Positions 34,362 through 37,830 of a stretch of DNA of 37,830 nucleotides are shown here, one piece after another (the first letter of the stretch is position 1; the number at the start of each line of letters is the position of its first letter). Origin of the DNA: Patescibacteria group bacterium UBA5187 (GTDB lineage: Bacteria > Patescibacteriota > Minisyncoccia > Phycocordibacterales > PALSA-1337); the NCBI GenBank assembly GCA_002413065.1, contig DHWH01000010.1, positions 348 to 38,177 on the forward strand. The letters run 5' to 3'. A model generated the notes under the pieces. That model was not told where the DNA came from. It saw only the letters and a program-made list of their open reading frames with translations, and made no database searches. A program made the position numbers and the translations under genes.

Positions 34362-34793
34362 AGATTAATAAACATTACTATACATTGATAAATATGATAG
34401 TTGAATAAGAAGTTTTTATCATAGTTTATGAAATAATATCAAGTTACCAGATCAGATGATTACATTTTAGCATATCATTCGAAAGATGTAACAGGTGATG
34501 TGACACTATAACTCATTCAAGATTCATCAAGTTATTAAATTACCCAAAAGTTTATTAAATGAGCTTGAAAATGTAGCTCTTTATCAGAAAAGATGGCGCC
34601 TATTTATCTCTTTTGAGGATCCTTTTGCTCTAGCGAGCGTATATCGAGTTACTGACGGTGTCGTCAGAATGATATTTTCTTTTATCACCCTCCTCCACTA
34701 TACCATTCAAAAAATAGTTGGTGTGATGAGTTGTCCACAGAATTTTCGATAAAATAAACACCATATCCGATGTATACTTGTAGGCAAAGGAAC

Positions 34794-35825
34794 ATGAAAG
34801 ATATCTTTAATTTTCAAGGTAAAAATTACATCTCGGCAAAACGAGCTTCCGACATCTCGGATTACTCTTCTGACTATATTGGACAACTTTGCCGTGCTCA
34901 GAAACTTGATTGCCGGATGATTGGACACTCCTGGTTTGTCACGGAAGAGTCATTAAAAACCCATAAGGAAAATGTGCTCAAGGATGAGATTTGCAGGAAC
35001 CGTCTCGACAACCTGCGCGGCAAGAAAAATCAGGCAAAGCAAGCCGCAACGGAAGCGGTCATAGTTCAACTGCCGACATTCATTGCTGACTCCGCAGACA
35101 CATTCCCAAAAGCATCTCCAGAAATATCTCAGGAGATCTTGCCTGAAGCATCTAAGGAAAAAGTTGACGATGAGTATGCATCACTCGCAAGGTCAGTCAT
35201 GCTTAGACGAATTCTTAATCCCGTCATCGTTGTATGTCTCGTGTTCGGCATCACAGTTGGGACAATCTTTACGAGCACGCACATGTCCACGGATTCCGGA
35301 CAGGGAAATAATTCGGCAAGCGTGTATGATGCGGTCAAGTCCATTTTTGCATTTATCCGTGACGAATATGACACAGTGCTCGCGCTCTTTGGTCACGGGA
35401 GTACGCTCACTTTGAACACAGAACTTGTGTCGCCGAATACAAGACAGGTGCCGCCGCTATCACCGTCATCTGTTTCTTTAGATCCGCCGATCGCATCTTC
35501 GGCTGCTCCCGCTATTCCCATTGTCACTCCCGATACTGCCAAAACCGTTACTCAGACATCCGATGCTACTACGAAGAAAATTCCAACGAATAGCGATCCC
35601 GGGTCAGGTATGGCGGTAGTGCCCTCTACAGGCGGAGTGAATATGGATGATGTGCTCAAGAAAAAAATCCAGGGTTCCTTCTCCGATCAGGTTGATGTTC
35701 GACCGGATGTGAGCGGAACGGCAGGCGTGATCACCCCCGTATTTCGTGAAGCCAAAGGCAAAGATTTTATTTATGTGATGGTCCCGGTCAAGCCAACGCA
35801 AAAAACCGATCCAGGCACGCATTAA
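34794..35825 (+). CDS. Single-pass membrane protein with an N-terminal HTH-like cytoplasmic domain and a Ser/Pro/Thr-rich extracytoplasmic region
   Basis: ATG 34794 is preceded by AAAGGA. 'YISAKRASDISDYSSDYIGQLCRAQKLDCRMIGHSWFVTEESL' is excisionase/MerR-HTH-like. There is a TM segment 'ILNPVIVVCLVFGITVGTIFT', then a low-complexity S/P/T-rich stretch, then a conserved-looking C-terminus 'GVITPVFREAKGKDFIYVMVPVKP'. Confidence 0.6.
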   Translation: MKDIFNFQGKNYISAKRASDISDYSSDYIGQLCRAQKLDCRMIGHSWFVTEESLKTHKENVLKDEICRNRLDNLRGKKNQAKQAATEAVIVQLPTFIADSADTFPKASPEISQEILPEASKEKVDDEYASLARSVMLRRILNPVIVVCLVFGITVGTIFTSTHMSTDSGQGNNSASVYDAVKSIFAFIRDEYDTVLALFGHGSTLTLNTELVSPNTRQVPPLSPSSVSLDPPIASSAAPAIPIVTPDTAKTVTQTSDATTKKIPTNSDPGSGMAVVPSTGGVNMDDVLKKKIQGSFSDQVDVRPDVSGTAGVITPVFREAKGKDFIYVMVPVKPTQKTDPGTH

Positions 35826-35863
35826 CAAATTATTGAATTTTATAACCACTTAAACTTATTACC

Positions 35864-36553
35864 ATGATACGAAACAGCATCAATTCAATACTCTACGCCA
35901 GCGCCCTTCTTTTTGTACTGGGCGGGCTATTCACCCTGGCGGAACCGGCTATCGGTTTTGGGGCCGCTACGTCGACTTCGCAATTCATAATCTCGCAGGT
36001 AGTAACATCCGAGATCTCATTCCAAACGCCTGCCACGAATATCACCCTCAGTCCGTCTATCGGAGGTTTGAGCGGAGGTTCATCGGACGGTACGACTCAG
36101 GTAGTCGTCTCTACGAACAATCTGACCGGATATACGATGACTCTTGCGGCAAGTTCGTCCGTAGGAATGATCGGAAATGCCGCTCCATCAAATAACATTC
36201 CCGCATACGTGTCTTCAGTGGCCAATGTGCCTGACTACACGTTCACCACTCCTTCCAACAAGGCTCGTTTTGGATATACGATTTCCGCTTCGACAACCGC
36301 CGAGCTCGATCAAAAATTCCTTACAAATGGGTCTGCATGCAATACTGGTTCCACTAATCCCGGATTGCTTCATTGCTGGCTCAATGCCTCGACGACGGCA
36401 GTAACTCTGATTACATCGGCCGCACCCACGGCCGCTTCCGGTTCAACCTCGACGCTGGCTTTCCATGTCGTTATCAATGCAAATCCGACTCCGGCCATTC
36501 CCAATGACACATATGTGGCCACTACGACATTAACAGCCGTTACCAACCCTTAA
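35864..36553 (+). CDS. Secreted Ser/Thr-rich beta-rich protein, WxL-domain-like or pilin-like architecture
   Basis: 229 aa. N-terminal hydrophobic signal 'ILYASALLFVLGGLFTLAEPA'. About one third Ser/Thr and very few charged residues. It has 'TTQVVVSTNNLTGYTMTLAAS' and the terminal strand 'NDTYVATTTLTAVTNP', plus two Cys in 'GSACNTGSTNPGLLHC'. Confidence 0.65.
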   Translation: MIRNSINSILYASALLFVLGGLFTLAEPAIGFGAATSTSQFIISQVVTSEISFQTPATNITLSPSIGGLSGGSSDGTTQVVVSTNNLTGYTMTLAASSSVGMIGNAAPSNNIPAYVSSVANVPDYTFTTPSNKARFGYTISASTTAELDQKFLTNGSACNTGSTNPGLLHCWLNASTTAVTLITSAAPTAASGSTSTLAFHVVINANPTPAIPNDTYVATTTLTAVTNP

Positions 36554-37633
36554 ATGAAATCTTCACGCACACACTCTATATATAGTATGTTTGCAAGCAT
36601 CGTATGTGCGACGGTTTTTGCATTTAGCATTTCTGTGCTCGTGACTTCACAGGCATCGGCCGCTACATCAAAGTCTGTATCCAAATCTGCAACCACTGCT
36701 TCATCTAAAACAGCGTCCACATCCGTCGCTCTTGCATACGCCATATATCCATTGCCCGACGCCAAGGTCTATAACGATTTTGTGATCGGTCCCGGAAAGA
36801 TCGAACTTGCGCTCAATCCCGGCGAATCCAGGACGGTGAATGTCACCATCGCCAATCGTCTTGGAGCTGAAAAGATATTCAATGTTACTGAAGAAGATAT
36901 CATCGGCTCGCGCGATCTCGCCAAAGCGGTGGTGCTTCTTGGAGATGACCGGGGCCCGTATTCATTGAAGGATATTCTCAATATTCCTTCGGCCCTGATC
37001 AAAATTCCCCATGGGCAAAAAGTTTTCCTTCCCGTCACTATCTCCGTACCGGCGAATGCACAGCCGGGCGGCATGTATGGAAGTGTCGTAGTCTCGGTCG
37101 CAAGCAGTCCGCAAACGGGAGCTACAAATGAAGGAGCAAGCATTGCCAGCAATCCTGTCATCACACGCTTGGCCGCGTTGTTCTTTGTTCGTGTCGCGGG
37201 TCCGGTCGCCGAACAAGGAAAGTTGACCCAGTTTTCTCTCGGAGGCAATCGCTCGATACTTTTCGAGAATGATCCGGTGAACTTTGACCTTGTATTTGAA
37301 AATACGGGAAATATCCACCTTGTTCCGAACGGAATGATCACGATAACGAATCTTGCGGGCGCTCCGGTCGGAACCGTTGCGGTTGATCCCTGGTTCGCGA
37401 TGCCGCAGTCGCTGCGTTTCCGGGAAGTCACATGGGCGCCGCCGTTTCTTTTCGGCCGATATGTGGCGCATGCGGTCATCAATCGCGGCTACGGCAGTAC
37501 GACAGATGTCATGGATGTCGTCTTCTGGGTCATTCCATGGAAGATCATTGCAGTCATTCTTATAGGATTGATACTTCTGATAAGTTCGATCCGTTGGATT
37601 GCTTCACGATTCCATATTTCGAGACGTCAATAA
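36554..37633 (+). CDS. Signal-peptide protein with two Ig-like beta-sandwich modules and a C-terminal TM anchor (DUF916/DUF3324-like architecture)
   Basis: 359 aa. Signal 'FASIVCATVFAFSISVLVTSQASA'. 'LALNPGESRTVNVTIANR', 'VPANAQPGGMYGSVVVS' and 'FDLVFENTGNIHLVPNGMITITN'. C-terminal TM 'IIAVILIGLILLISSI' followed by a basic tail. The ATG immediately follows the upstream TAA. Confidence 0.65.
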   Translation: MKSSRTHSIYSMFASIVCATVFAFSISVLVTSQASAATSKSVSKSATTASSKTASTSVALAYAIYPLPDAKVYNDFVIGPGKIELALNPGESRTVNVTIANRLGAEKIFNVTEEDIIGSRDLAKAVVLLGDDRGPYSLKDILNIPSALIKIPHGQKVFLPVTISVPANAQPGGMYGSVVVSVASSPQTGATNEGASIASNPVITRLAALFFVRVAGPVAEQGKLTQFSLGGNRSILFENDPVNFDLVFENTGNIHLVPNGMITITNLAGAPVGTVAVDPWFAMPQSLRFREVTWAPPFLFGRYVAHAVINRGYGSTTDVMDVVFWVIPWKIIAVILIGLILLISSIRWIASRFHISRRQ

Positions 37634-37641
37634 AATAGCGT

Positions 37642-37830
37642 ATGAATTTTTCAACAAAAACAAAACAGACGATGCGGGCAATGCGAGAAATACGCGCAGC
37701 ACAGGCAGTGCGCACCTTGTTTGCGGGCGTATGTATGCCGGCATTGGTTTTTGTATTGGCTTTTGCCGGCGTGCGCACAGTGTACGGACAAGCCATGTCG
37801 AGTTCCAACTACAAGATACAAAGCGATACG
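37642..37830 (+). CDS. 5' part of a further secreted protein (runs off the window)
   Basis: ATG 37642 lies 8 nt after the upstream stop. There are 63 codons without a stop: a basic N-region, a hydrophobic core 'LFAGVCMPALVFVLAFAG', 'VYGQA', then 'MSSSNYKIQSDT'. It is absent from the ORF track because no stop codon lies within the window. Confidence 0.5.
   Translation, partial: MNFSTKTKQTMRAMREIRAAQAVRTLFAGVCMPALVFVLAFAGVRTVYGQAMSSSNYKIQSDT

Noticed and set aside
1-37830. CRISPR arrays, tRNA/rRNA genes, transposases, integrases and prophage genes
   Set aside because: I scanned the intergenic regions (476-582, 823-999, 20954-21094, 23780-24147, 28292-28438, 31281-31613, 32525-32633, 34362-34793). 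I found no regularly spaced direct repeats, no tRNA-like T-arm (GGTTCRAnnCC) or cloverleaf, and no rRNA-like stretch. No ORF shows DDE, serine or tyrosine recombinase motifs. This was done by eye only; tRNAscan-SE, Infernal or ISEScan would be decisive.
1-37830. Alternative genetic code (UGA recoded, as in some CPR-related lineages such as Gracilibacteria/SR1)
   Set aside because: TGA terminates several well-supported genes exactly where the next gene begins (13531-13533, 15487-15489, 18174-18176). All conserved proteins (SecA, GatB, Obg, MurB) are full length under the standard code.

Overview
The gene content of this 37.8-kb window suggests a small-genome, monoderm, CPR/Patescibacteria-like bacterium. 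That placement is an inference, based on housekeeping genes interleaved with surface-glycan genes, weak or irregular Shine-Dalgarno usage, and ArnT-like and O-antigen-ligase/TPR membrane proteins. The genetic code is standard: TGA terminates several well-supported ORFs. I found about 38 protein-coding genes. By eye there is no rRNA, tRNA, CRISPR array, transposase or integrase.

Layout:
- (i) 1-999: the 3' end of a DUF4015-like hydrolase gene, a small orphan ORF, and a terminator.
- (ii) 1000-19642: one co-directional, almost gap-free array of 17 genes. It is led by a VirD4/TraG-like coupling-protein ATPase with a ~250-aa Pro-rich tail. The rest is glycan assembly: seven GT4/GT-B glycosyltransferases, a GT2 polyprenyl-phosphate glycosyltransferase, an exostosin/GT47-like enzyme, two polytopic GT-C-like proteins, three methyltransferases, and an FAD oxidoreductase broken at a G6 run.
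- (iii) 19697-23779: a Wzx-like flippase on the minus strand, an O-antigen-ligase(Wzy_C)-TPR fusion, and a GtrA-like protein.
- (iv) 23780-24147: a highly structured intergenic region containing a perfect 29-bp inverted repeat.
- (v) 24148-34361: housekeeping genes. These are murB, secA (with an NBD1 insertion), a TrpR/YerC-like regulator beside a perfect palindrome, a zinc-ribbon peptide, a NUDIX hydrolase, an AI-2E transporter, obg, an EamA/DMT transporter broken at an A6/T6 run, gatB, and a MerR-type HTH protein.
- (vi) 34794 to the window end: a tightly packed cluster of secreted and anchored beta-rich proteins. Its architecture recalls the WxL/DUF916 cell-surface complexes of Firmicutes.

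The most interesting leads are the surface-protein cluster, the nested-palindrome element upstream of murB, the orphan coupling-protein ATPase heading the glycan super-operon, and the O-antigen-ligase-TPR protein as a possible O-oligosaccharyltransferase. All family assignments come from motif recognition in the translated ORFs. No database search was run.
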